Shown: piece after piece, positions 12,201 to 22,477 of the stretch | Layout of the letters: every line of letters starts with the position of its first letter | Numbering within the stretch: the stretch's first letter is position 1 | DNA from: Hormiphora californensis | Taxonomy: Eukaryota; Animalia; Ctenophora | Direction: 5' to 3' | DNA length: 64,000 nucleotides | NCBI GenBank assembly: GCA_020137815.1 | Contig: CM035356.1 | Coordinates: 5,704,001 to 5,768,000 of the forward strand | Program-made: the position numbers and the translations under genes | The notes under the pieces: model-generated | The model's input: the letters and a program-made list of their open reading frames with translations, nothing else | What the model was told of the DNA's origin: nothing | The model's database searches: none

Positions 12201-15200
12201 AGTTTGCCTTTGAAACACTTAATGTGGAGGGGTGTTATTTAGCCCCTCAGCCGGTATTGACACTCTACGCATCTGGCCGGGTTAGTCAAAAATAACTTTC
12301 ATAGAGGCACTGGTAACCAACATATGGTAACACATTAGTTACCATGGTAACTAATAATTAACTGTCTGTATCCAGGTGACAGGTATATCGATAGAGATGG
12401 GGGAGAACTCAACTCAAATAGTCCCCATTTACGAGGGATATGCTTTAGTTCAGGATGTCAGCAAAATGAGTAAGTAGATCATTGAATATATAATGACACC
12501 CGAGTGATCATTGGTGGGGTGACCCCACCAATGATTTATGAGTCCACACTCTCTCAATTATCCCATTGGTTACGAAATAACCCCTTCGCGTGCTGGCAAG
12601 GGAGGGGTAACTTCGTTACCAACCCATTCAAGCAGGAGTCTTATATTTTAACAGACTGATTCAGGTGTTGGTGGTCACTCTATAACAGATGGTACACGTT
12701 ACCTACTAGCAGACCACGGTGTTGATATCAATAGGATGGACAGGCGACAGAGATATGAAGTGGCCCGTGATGCAAAACATGCCCTTTGTGAGGTACGGTG
12801 AGATCGTTACTTTTACTAAAGAGAGCAAGCGTCAGATCGTTACTTTAACTAAAAAGAGCAAGTGTCAGATCGTTACTTTAACTAAAGAGAGGTGTATTAG
12901 GTCATGTTTCATACCATAACCCCTCTCCCACTTTCCCACAGGTGTGCCCCGTGGCCCTACCCACACCTGGCTACTCGACCCCAGAGCAGGAAGCCCTGGC
13001 CAACTACCCTGACACCACGACCCACACTCTACCCTCTGGGGAGGTGATCACAGTAACAGATAGGGCAAGATACAGCCTGGCAGAACGGTATTTTAACCCT
13101 GTATTCGCTGGGAGTAAGCAGTGTAGCCTCCAGTTGCTTACTGGGTGGGCGATTAATAAATCGGATCATGATATACGTGATGAACTGGCGGGAAATGTGT
13201 GTTTGGGAGGCGGGGGATCGCTGATAAGAGGGATGGGGGAGCGGTTGAGGGTGGAGGTAGGAGGGGGAGTGAGGGGGACTGTGGAGGTAGTGGAGGGAGA
13301 GAAGGATAGTGTGTGGAGGGGTGGGGCTATTATGGGAGCACTTGAAAGTTTTAAGGATTGTTGGATAACAAAGGGTGAGTATGATGAAAATGGACCTGGA
13401 ATTGTAAGCAGAAAGTGCAACCTGTGAAGAAGCTGCTACTGATCTGAATTTTTCAGCCCGCCTGTGATATGACTATAATACATTATCAGTTATGTATTTG
13501 TATTGGACAAGTTTCCTTCCATTCTAGACTGGATGAAATTTGTAAATTTATTCATTTATGATTTTCAACAACTTGATATATTTCCACCCTACCGTCTGCA
13601 CGCGTAAAGGAGGGTCACAACATAACAACCTACCGTCATCTCTAGAGTGCTGATGGTGATTATCTCTATCATCATCTCCTCTGTTATTGTAACCTCCTCC
13701 TCCTCCTCCCCTATTGTTATTGTAACCACCTCGCCTCCTCGGACCTCGCCTTTTGTTGTTGTGGCTACCCGACCTCTGCCTGTGTTGTCCACCTTGATCT
13801 AGAGAGTGTCAGGGGGTTAGATGGGGTAAGAGAGGGCAGCTGGAGAGGGTTAGAGGGGGTCAGAAGGGGGGGGGGGTCAGTGGGAATTAGAAACAGCTGA
13901 GTTGGGTGGTTTCATAACGGTCAAACAGGAACACAACCCCCAAGTTGGTAACTTCAAGTCACTTACCCTGGTGCCCGCAAGTTGGTAATTTCAAGTCACT
14001 TACCATGGTTGTTTCTCTGTTGTTGTTTTGTAGTTTCTTGTTGTGAAACAGGCTCCTCCTCTTCTTCCTCCTTGAGTGCCTCACACTCAACTACTACCTT
14101 CTCTTCAGTAGGTTGTTGGAGCTCCTCCGTAACAGTAGATTCTTGTGGTTCCTCCGCAACAATAGGTTGGTGCAGTTCCTCTGAGGGCTCACTGATCGGA
14201 GGTGAGACATCCTGAAACATGGTTACCATGGTTACAGGAGGTGGGCAATAATAATCCCGGAAACTCACCCTCAAACCGTTTGCGAGCGAGTTTTACATAT
14301 GTTTTTGACGCTTGGTTTTTTATCTGGCTATTAGGAACACGATAGTGTTTGTTCTGTTACTGTTTGGAAGGTGAGAGAGGGTCGAGGATAGTGTTGTTAA
14401 TTTACCTCAAGGGTTGATTCAGCTGGTTCAGTGCTGCAGATGGGTGAGGATGAGTCTCCGTATGTAGCTAGATGTGACTCCTCTTCCTCCTCCTCCTCTA
14501 GTTCTGGTTCTTCTTCTATGTTAACTATCCTCGTCTCACGTACCAAATCTGGTGGAGTGGAGAGAGATATATATATAAGGGGGGAATAAGTATACCTATA
14601 GATCAAAAAGTAATAACTTCGGAAAAGTACTCAGTTGGCTGTTCCAGCTAATCATTAGTCGCTGTGTATACATTGAAATGTGTGGTGTAATTTACCTATC
14701 AACGTTTTGTCGTCCCGTGCTGAACTGCAATCGTCTGTACCAGTTGACTCGTCATCTGACAGGAAGGGGAGGTAACGCTATTATTAGTGTATAAAACAGG
14801 AGATCAGATGCGAGATGTGAAAACCCGTACACTGAAAGAGATGCTAATTTAGTATGAGCTGTTGACAGGTCCTGCACAGCAGCCGCTTACTCTCTAAGTA
14901 CTTTGTAAGCAGTGCTTACTATAAGCACTCTAAAAGTACTCTGTAAGCGTAGCAGCCGCTGTGGTGGACAACCTGTCAAGTAATTAAGGAGCAAGCTACG
15001 GAGATGTGATACCTATATTATTCAGCAATGTTCCCTTGTTTTTTAGATGTTCTAGGACGTGGGAAATACAGAGACGGGCTTCACGGAGATATAGAATCGT
15101 GTTGGGAGGTACTGGGAGGGAGGGAAGAGAAGCGGGAGGGTTGTAAGATTGGATTATTTGATCTCTCTTTGTATCAGTGCAACCTCCAAGCGAGCAAAGC

Positions 15201-17158
15201 AATTAGGAAAGCCCAACTTCTAGAAGGTATGAATAAATCCGGTGTGTATTACAATTAACTAATACAATTAATTAACTAATTACAATGTATGTACCTGTAT
15301 AACAAAGATCATCCTCCTGATGTCCTCCTCCACCGCTGGTTAGCTGATCCTGATCGGGCTGTGTTCCATCGTGAGAGAGGCTCATACTAACCTCGCTCTG
15401 GCTGTCATCTGGAGGCACCGTGCTGCCCGTACTTCCCAGCTGCTTTCCACCCTAATTACAGAGATAATTGGGATAGTGATTAGTGGGTTGTTTTAGTCAG
15501 AGTGACAAATGTTAGTGCGGGGAGGACAAAAATCTTACTAATATAATAATTAATTGAGTTCGGATTGAACGTGAAACAAGTTGAACTCACCAGTGGCTCA
15601 GGTGTTGCAGTCTCCATAAGATCAGATAGTGAAATTATCATCCCTCCCCCACTACCATGGTCCTCTCCCTTTAACCTAGTTCTGTCTGACTGTTCGGCAT
15701 TCTGTGGGGGTCTCTGGTGGGGGAAGGAGGGTGTAACATTATCACAGTGTAATTGAACTTGCTGCTTCACACGCACGCACACACGCACAGATCACACTTT
15801 CACTCGAATACACTTTCACTATCCGCACCATCTCACAGACCCAATATGACCACGCACCATCTCATGTGAGAACACACTCACAGAACCAGTATTGTTATAT
15901 AACCTCATTATTAGTACTGGAGGAGGCTGTGCTGGCAGCATCAGTTTCTTCAGATGTTACTACAGCAGCTGATGAGAGTGTCCGCAAGTCCAGAATGTTA
16001 GGATCTCCCGCAAAGAAGGACTGGTTCGCTTTTTGCCGCTCAAACTCAGCTTTGTATTTCAGTTCGTGGTGAAACAGGGCCGGGTCAAATGAGATATCCT
16101 CCTGGTACATGCAAACATTGAACGTAATGCTAACAGTAACTTAAACAGAGTCTGATTAACACAATTCACACATTTCAACCCCAAAACCGAGCACTAGTTC
16201 GAGAATTCTGCATATTATGTGCTACAAAACCAAGCAGATGTATCTTCACATACCTTCTTGTGTAGATTGCACTTCAGGGCCAGTTCCACAGTGTTCCTTT
16301 CCAGTGCATCAACATAGTCCACATCTAGCTCCACTCTACATGTGGGACAGCGCGGCTGAAATGCTGACACTTAGTGGTTTCATTATTACCGCGCGCTCTG
16401 AAAACCGCGCGCAGCTCACTTAGAGACAGTTTGAAACTTTTCAACACTGAAATTAATTTGAGTATATCTTGATGAAGTCGTTGTTACGACGAAATGTCGA
16501 GTTTGATATCAGGCAGAAATAGAGACAGTCAAACAGAGGCACTAGACAAAGACAGAGAGACAGTTTTACAGTCCGACAGAGACACTAGGCACTTACTACT
16601 TCATTCTTGCACCGTTGTATAAGATGTTCATTTAGACAGAGACACTTACCACTTCATTCTTGCACCGTTGTATAAGATGCTCATTTAGACAGGCCATGTG
16701 AAAGTAGTGAGTACATTCTGTTATCGTAAAGTGACAGTAACCCTGAAAGTAGTGAGTACATTCTGTTATCGTAAAGTGACAGTAGCCCTGAAAAGTTTAG
16801 GGGCAGAGTTTAGGGGCAGTAACCCTGAAAAGTAAACCAGAGTTTAGGGGCAGAGTTTAGGGGCAGAAAAGTGAAGCATTTGTGGCAGACATACAGTTTC
16901 ACTCTTTTGAAATAACTGAGGGATATGGTGCCCGGTGCCGGTTCCATAGTCGACTTAGTGCAGATTTACTACCAAACGTGAGATAACAGTTGGGCTCCAC
17001 CCACAATACTTACACTCTCAAAACTCTCCAGGCAAATAGGGCAGTCTCCAGAAGGCATATTATTCTCTGTTAGTTGGGTCTGGACGTGCTCAATGCAGTC
17101 ATATAACACACACTCTCCCTGTCGGTCTGCTATCAGCTCCCGTAACTCATGGAGAATC
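3862..17158 (-). CDS. RNF25: RNF25-like (RWD-RING) E3 ubiquitin ligase, multi-exon, 5' part not found; long low-complexity C-terminus
   Basis: Exon 17158-17014 [48 protein letters not shown] and exon 16742-16650 [23 protein letters not shown] resemble the RNF25 RWD end plus RING (LTDNNIPHGQCVICL...TPCYHYFHCHCL). Further GT-AG exons at ~16330-16254, ~16100-15903, ~15450-15390, ~14548-14406, ~14211-14004, 13798-13634, 5781-5573, ~5343-5218, ~4744-4634, ~4272-4209 and ~3992-3862 (stop TGA). Some junctions are uncertain. Confidence 0.72.
5090..5198. mobile_element. 109-bp hAT-type MITE (family A)
   Basis: TIR CAGGAACCGACC/GGTCGGTTCCTG (slightly degenerate here); 8-bp TSD ATTAATGA on both sides. 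Confidence 0.85.
6403..6490 (+). promoter_or_regulatory. putative promoter of actin gene 1 (CCAAT, E-box, TATA)
   Basis: AGCCAATCAG ~6404, CACGTG ~6430 and TATAAATA ~6456, about 320 bp upstream of the ATG. Confidence 0.55.
6653..6771 (+). repeat. 34-bp tandem repeat (~3.5 copies) spanning a branch point and AG acceptor just upstream of the actin ATG
   Basis: GTTTCCTAATTGTAGTATCGCAACATAACATATT at 6653, 6687, 6721, partial at 6755. Confidence 0.9.
6779..7900 (+). CDS. divergent conventional-type actin, intronless CDS, 373 aa
   Basis: [58 protein letters not shown] and [19 protein letters not shown] actin signatures; strongly GC3-biased codons. Confidence 0.97.
   Translation: MDDIPALVVDNGSGMVKAGFAGDDAPRSVFPSITGRPKYHGVMQINKKDIYIGDEAQAKRGILTLNYPIEHGQVTNWDDMEAIWHHTFYNELRVAPEERPVLLTEAPLNPKSNREKMTQIMFETFNTPAMYVAIQAVLSLYSSGRTTGIVMDSGDGVSHTVPIYEGYALPHAVMRLDLAGRDLTDYLVKILHERGYSFTSSSEREIVRDIKEKLCYVAQDFDNEMDMSKSSSACEKSYELPDGEVITVGDQRFRCPELLFKPHFAGGEGGGVDQKTYESIMKCDMDIRSDLMENICLSGGTTMFNGMADRMQKEITALAPPGKKVRVIAPPERKYSVWIGGSILASLSTFQTMWISKQEYDESGPSIVHRKCM
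8266..9465 (+). CDS. actin-like protein, intronless, 399 aa
   Basis: [69 protein letters not shown]. Confidence 0.93.
   Translation: MSEGRAVILDVGTRWTRAGFSGEDQPRSVFTTIVGRPKYYNVHEIYEGKDVWVGEEAISKRGGLRLNYPIHHRVIENFDDMEAIWHHTFHNELGVSPEEQPLLMAEHPFGPKANREKTTQIMFETFNVPSLFLSPQSVLSLYASGARTTGVVLDCGDHTTHVVPVYDGYCLPHAVSRMDIGGRDLTDVVLKVISERRYYLRGPAKKEAKKEGFTEMLKKKFCYVAQNYEKEMEEWDETKDRTWPEGPLSDFEPDSDVITIGNQIQIGCPEVLFKPTLVGAAEGSSGVDRMVWESIERCDPGIKDEMYANICVAGGGAMFRGFRERLEREIIALAPPSSVTRVSVGDASPRVSVGEPGGQLSAWKGASTLVAEGHYDNRWVKREDYEEYGPSIVHWRCAY
9466..10786. mobile_element. 1.3-kb palindromic MITE, TTAA target site (Kolobok-like ends GG...CC)
   Basis: TTAA-GGGTACGCTAACCAAAAA ... TTTTTGGTTAGCGTACCC-TTAA with inverted arms >500 bp; the left TTAA includes the actin-like stop codon. 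Confidence 0.9.
11212..13427 (+). CDS. highly divergent actin-related protein, 7 exons
   Basis: Phase-consistent GT-AG exons 11212-11281, 11594-11744, 11916-12023, 12187-12280, ~12376-12469, ~12665-12792 and 12942-13427 give [93 protein letters not shown]. Confidence 0.88.
11300..11590 (+). repeat. 33-bp minisatellite in intron 1 of actin-like gene 3 (also at 12060-12180 and inverted at 12798-12890)
   Basis: AAAGTAACGATCTCACTCTTGCTCTCTTTAGTT, ~8-9 copies. Confidence 0.92.
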
Positions 17159-17370
17159 CTAGAACAGTAACAATTGATTAGTAATTAAATATTAATTAAA
17201 CATTTGACATTAGTGGTACGTGTCCGTAATGAAAAACAATCGTGGAGAACGGTAAATTGAAAAGTTTCAGTACACATTTTACTATTTTGTTAACAATCCG
17301 GGCAACCCTTGGAAGACATAATACACAGGGTGTTTTAATCACAGCTCAAGAAGCAACTGACAACTAGACC

Positions 17371-17592
17371 TAATCTGATTTTAAATAACTGTCGTTTTCT
17401 TAAAGTTTTTATATTTCTTAAAATGACCATAAGTCTGGTTCCTGATGAGATAGAGACTTGAAATTTGGAGGTTACGAAGATCTTGTTAAGTTCTTCCGAA
17501 CCTCCAAATTTCAAGTCTCTATCTCATCAGTAACCGGAGATATGATAAATTTTGTTATTTTTGAGAAACGACAGTTATTTAAAATCAGACTA
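17371..17592. mobile_element. ~220-bp MITE-like foldback
   Basis: TCTGATTTTAAATAACTGTCGTTT ... AAACGACAGTTATTTAAAATCAGA, plus inner IR CTGATGAGATAGAGACTTGAAATTTGGAGG. Confidence 0.75.
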
Positions 17593-18115
17593 TAATACAA
17601 GAAGCAGTGCAACATATTGAAGGCTGATAAAGTGCAACACACACCATGTGCTAAATAAACAAGTGGATAAACTAAACAGAAGGAGCACAGTACACACGCG
17701 TTAAACTATGTTAGCAGGATAGTGTTAACACAAATTAGTTAAAGAATAAAGAATGTTAAAGCATGTTTTAGATTTCTATAATTTCTTTGCCTAGCTGCTA
17801 TTTGGCGACCAATTTGTTCCTAAACCAATTTGTGATCTAACGTCTCATCTTTGTCTCTAATTCTCATATCTTCATCAGCCCTTGTTCTCTCCCTGTCGAC
17901 TAGCTGGTTAATATCTCATTCTCTCTCTCGTTATTCTCTCTTTCCCTTTCCATCTCTGTTATAAATGATGTCATTTTACCAAAATTAGCAGGAAGCAGGC
18001 TCAATTTGGTGGCGATAATTAGAGTGTTTTAAAATAGTCTCTCTACAATGTATGTTTTCGGCTGTACAAAATACAAACACATGTGTATGATAGATTCCCA
18101 ATATTTCCAGATTTC

Positions 18116-18224
18116 CAGGAACCGACCGGATTAAGTAAACAGCCAATCAAAATTCGTTATTTAGGTCACGGTACTGGTTATCAGCCAATCAGGGACCAGT
18201 ATTTCCTGATTCGGTCGGTTCCTG
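18116..18224. mobile_element. 109-bp hAT-type MITE (family A)
   Basis: CAGGAACCGACC...GGTCGGTTCCTG with perfect 8-bp TSD CAGATTTC. Confidence 0.92.
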
Positions 18225-20594
18225 CAGATTTCCGTATGACAGATTTATTTTGAGGTTCCCTTCAATTTCAGTTGACAACAGAAGCAGTCATTAATATGTA
18301 ATGACTCATTACAGTATATCTGGATATAAGTCTAGACTTAATTTGTACAACTAAACCTTCAAAATTGACTCCACTAATTCGGCATGTTAGCACACGCTTC
18401 ACACTAGCAGTAGGCAGGCAAATATCTGGACAAGAGAGTAGTAATGGAAGCCTACCGCATATACGTTGAGTGACAATAGGAATGCAGTGGGATGGATACT
18501 GGGATAGAAGGGTAGAGAGAGAGAGAAAGGGGGGAGAGGGATACATAGTATATATATTTGAAAGGGGAGAGAGATAATATATTTGAAAGAAAGGGGTGTT
18601 GCAATCAAGAGTGCAAGAGAACAGAAAGTAATCAAGAGTGAACATTCGAATAAACGAAATGGGGTACAAAAGAAATCATGATAGAGAAAGATATGCGAAA
18701 AAGAAACTATAGATAGAGATGAAGAAGAAACTATAGAATAAGGGAGAGAGACCAAAAGAAAAGATAGATTGAAGGAGATACCAAAAGAAAAGATAGAATG
18801 AGGGAGAGGGAAAAAGGGAGCAATAAAAAAGATAGAATGAGACATGAATGGGGGAGAGAGAGACCAATAAAAAAGATAGAATGAGGGAGAGAGACCAAAA
18901 GAAAAGATAGAATGAGGGAAGGGGGATTAAGCGCCATCTAGTGGACTCAGATTGTCAACACATTCCATTATAACACGAATATTTCTATCTCTCTATCTTT
19001 CTATCTCTCTATCTCTCTATCTCTGTAGTCTGTATCTCTCTATCTCTCTCTCCCTCTCCCTCTCTCCCTCTCTCTTATAAAACAAAAAACTCGCCCTCAC
19101 TCTTTCCTCCCCTCTTCTACCGAGAGCGTCATCGCCCATTATGCACATTATATATGACACAAAAAATCTGTCATACAGTTTTACAGAGACAAGTAAATTT
19201 TAAATTTATAAAGCAAATCACAAATCTGTAGCTGATAACTAGAATTATAGTTTATTTGTTGTCATTTCTTCTTTAAAATAAAATTAGTAACTGCCAATTC
19301 AACAATACGCTGATTTACCCAAAAAGTGGGCTAGGTTGATAATGCCACCAAACAAACCCTAGATGGGTGACATAAAAATCCCCACGCATTTTAAAGGCAA
19401 ATAGTTAGTGCTGCACTTCTCTCTTTCCTCTCTTCCCTTTTTTTTCCTTTTCTTTTCTCTCTCCCTCTCTCTCTCTCTCCTCTCTCCCCCCTCTCTCTCT
19501 CCTCTCTCCCTCTCTCTCCCGCTCTCTCCCCTTTCCCCTTCCTCTCTCTCTCTCCCCCTTTTTTCTCTTTTCCCCGCAAAACGAATATACATAATTAAGT
19601 AACCGAATCAATTAAAACTCTACACCCCTCAAAATAAATCTTTCCAATAATAAGAAAAAAAGTACTAATAATATAACGTCATTTTTCTACCGAACAACCC
19701 GCGGATTCCCAAAAACAAAGAAAAGGTACGAACGAGAGTGAAAAATTTTAGACGAAAAAACACGACCTTTTATCTGTCCCTCTCTCTTTCTTTTTCTTCC
19801 CCCTCTTTTTTTCTTTTCTTTCTTCTCTCTCCTCCTCCTTCTCTCTCCCCTCTCCCCCTCTCCTCTTCCCCCCCTCTCTCCTCATCTTTTTTTCCTCCCC
19901 CCCTCTCCCCCTCCCCCTCCTCCTCCCTCTCTCTCTCTCTCCCTTCTCTCCATTTCCCCTTTTCTCCTCGCCCCCCCCCCTCCTCCCCTCCCTTGAATTA
20001 GTCAGTGTCCTTGCTGTCTTTGGGGGAAAAAGGGGATTTTTTCCCGCTTTTCTTACACCTGTTTTCCTCCCCGGGCCCTTTAAAAACCCTGGTCCCTTCT
20101 CTTTTCTTTTCACCTTTCCTTTTTAGGACACGCAATTTTTTTAAGAGCGAGTGAGAGAAGGGGTTTAAGGAAGGGGGAAAAAAGAGTGGAGGAAGGAAAG
20201 GAAAAGGGGAGAAGAGAAGAGAGAGGAGAGAGAGAGGGGGAGAGGAGAGAGAGAGAGGAGGGGAAGAGAGAGGAAAGAAAGGGGGAGAGAGAGGGGGAAA
20301 AAAACCAAACAATTTTTTAAAAAAAACTACAACAAAAAAACATGACACGTTTTCTCGAGGGAAAGAGAAAGAAAGAGTTTGTACAAATAGCTCTTGTGGT
20401 GCTTTTTAGAGAATATCACAAAGTTTGCCTAAGAAATCGTACATCACGCTTGGATGACACTTTCTTGTCTAAAATTCAAATATCTTGTCACCCTAAAGTT
20501 GTTTGCACGTGGAATCCCCCTCCCCCATTTCTCCCCCAGCTCGTTTCCATATATCACTAATTAATCCCATTTACTGCTCTGTTCAGGGAAGATC

Positions 20595-22114
20595 ATGGTT
20601 GCAGACTGTTCAGTTCCCATGAACTTTGGAAGGCAGTACCTTGATTTCGAAGGCCTATGTGATCTGGAATTCACGTGCAATAAAGGTGCAGTTGTCAAGG
20701 CTAGTTCCTTCCCCCTCGCCCTAACAGTCCGGTGGTGCGTGAACTAGTGGGTACCCAGCTCATCAAGGAACTTGATTTGGAGGAGTTTTCTCGTCTTTCT
20801 GTGCTCACCTTTGTCGAGTCTTGCTACACTGGTACCCCTACCATCAGTAAGGAAAACTTTCGGGAGGTCAACAAACTGAGTGCAGTGTTCAAGGTCCAGT
20901 GGCTGATAGACGATTGTCTCACGTTTTATACCCGTCTCTGCTCTGGAATGAATGAGACCTCTCTCGAGTTAGCCTGGTATTTGTTTGATGAGGCATCGTA
21001 CATCCTCAAGGAGAGGAACAGCAGGGACCTTGGGGAAGCTCTAAAAACCAGACTGAAATCATTTCCAAATCTTCAGCTGGCACTAGTCCAGGATTTTATA
21101 TCACGGGATCCCAATACACAGGAGTTCGCCTCTACTGAGCTGTGTTTCTCCTTAGTTGGATCTAATACTACAGCTCTTTACAGTTGGCTGGCTAAAAACC
21201 TGGAGAGTAAGCCCCATCCAGTGAAACTGACAGATGTGGAAAGGAGGTTTCTGACTTCACAATCGCTTACATTGTGTTATCAATCTGATCATGGACTGTA
21301 CCAGAGACTGCTGAAGACTGTTCAACAATGTCTCTCAAATGAGGACTTGGCATCTCTCTTTGCGGTCTTTGCAAGTGTTCCGCTGCCATCGATTAGCGTT
21401 CCAGTTCATGTTGCCCCGACAAACACCAATGAGGATGTAATCCAGAGGGATGAGGTTGTCTATCCGATAGTGATACCGGCTTTAGATGATTGTGAAACAT
21501 GGTTGGAAGCCATCAAAGTATGCGATGAAGATCCGAGACTACACAGTTGTTTGCAGTTTTTGGGTGCACTGAGAACGTATGGACTGTACGTAGACGGAGT
21601 TATTGATACAGGTAAAGATGTATATCTTGCCTTCGCTGCTGCAATGGATAAACGGCAATCTCATGGATGTTTCGAAACATTAACGATAAATTGCTTTCAT
21701 TATAGGATATATAATAAGGACCTGAGTAGTGCCTTGATGCCTTATGTCAAGAAAAGACCTAATCTTGAATATGGATTTATTGATCATGATCCTCAGTGTG
21801 AATATGTGATATTCGGGCAATACAATGGTCCGCCATACTGGAATTCAAAAGTTTGTTTTATAGATCTTCACGCAGGCTCCAGTTACTGTGAAAATAACCG
21901 ATATGGCTCCAGACGGTGTAAGGTTGCTGTCAGGGTCTCAATTTACATTGAAGACGAAGACGGGTGGCCTACGGTTACGATTGAACTGGTCAAGAACCAA
22001 AAAACTTTAGCGTCTCAAAGGGATGCTCATTTTCATCAAGATCCTAAATTTCTACAAAACATTATATGTACCACGATTAAATCATGTTTATTATCATGTT
22101 GTTTTTACAGATGA
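20595..22114 (+). CDS. BTB/POZ-domain protein copy 1 (1-nt frameshift near 20721; sequencing error or pseudogene)
   Basis: N-terminus CDLEFTCNKGAVVKASSFPLALNSPVVREL...FVESCYTG..ISKENFREVNKLSAVFKVQWLIDDC fits the BTB pattern; GCCCTAACAG here versus GCCCTTAACAG in copy 2. Confidence 0.75.
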
Positions 22115-22477
22115 ACCCCGGAGATATTTTTTTGGTGCTTTTAAAGCGGACGAGGAGTTGCTGGTAACTTTACGTTTACCTTTTTATCGTATTAATTAAC
22201 TCCCATGTTTTAACCATTTTAAAATGTTAGCTCTAATTTTGATTCAATTTTTAATTTTTTAAACATACGCATTGTGTCTATCCCAAATTCCGAATAAGAA
22301 TATCACAAGTTTGCCTAAGAAATCGTACATCACGCTTGACACTTTCTTGTCCTAAAATCTCAAATATCTTGTCAACCCTAAAGTTGTCTTCACGTGGATC
22401 CCCCTCCCCCATTTCTCCCCCAGCTCGTTCCATATATCACTAATTAATCCCATTTACTGCTCTGTTCAGGGAAGATC

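Noticed and set aside
11264-12218. [11 protein letters not shown] / [11 protein letters not shown] repeat ORFs
   Set aside because: 33-bp intronic satellite
16793-16866. TTTAGGGG repeats as an interstitial telomere
   Set aside because: The unit is AGTTTAGGGGCAG, not TTAGGG, with only a few copies
19360-20360. Lys/Gly/Pro/Phe-rich ORFs
   Set aside because: Homopolymer-inflated low-complexity sequence, probably low-quality consensus
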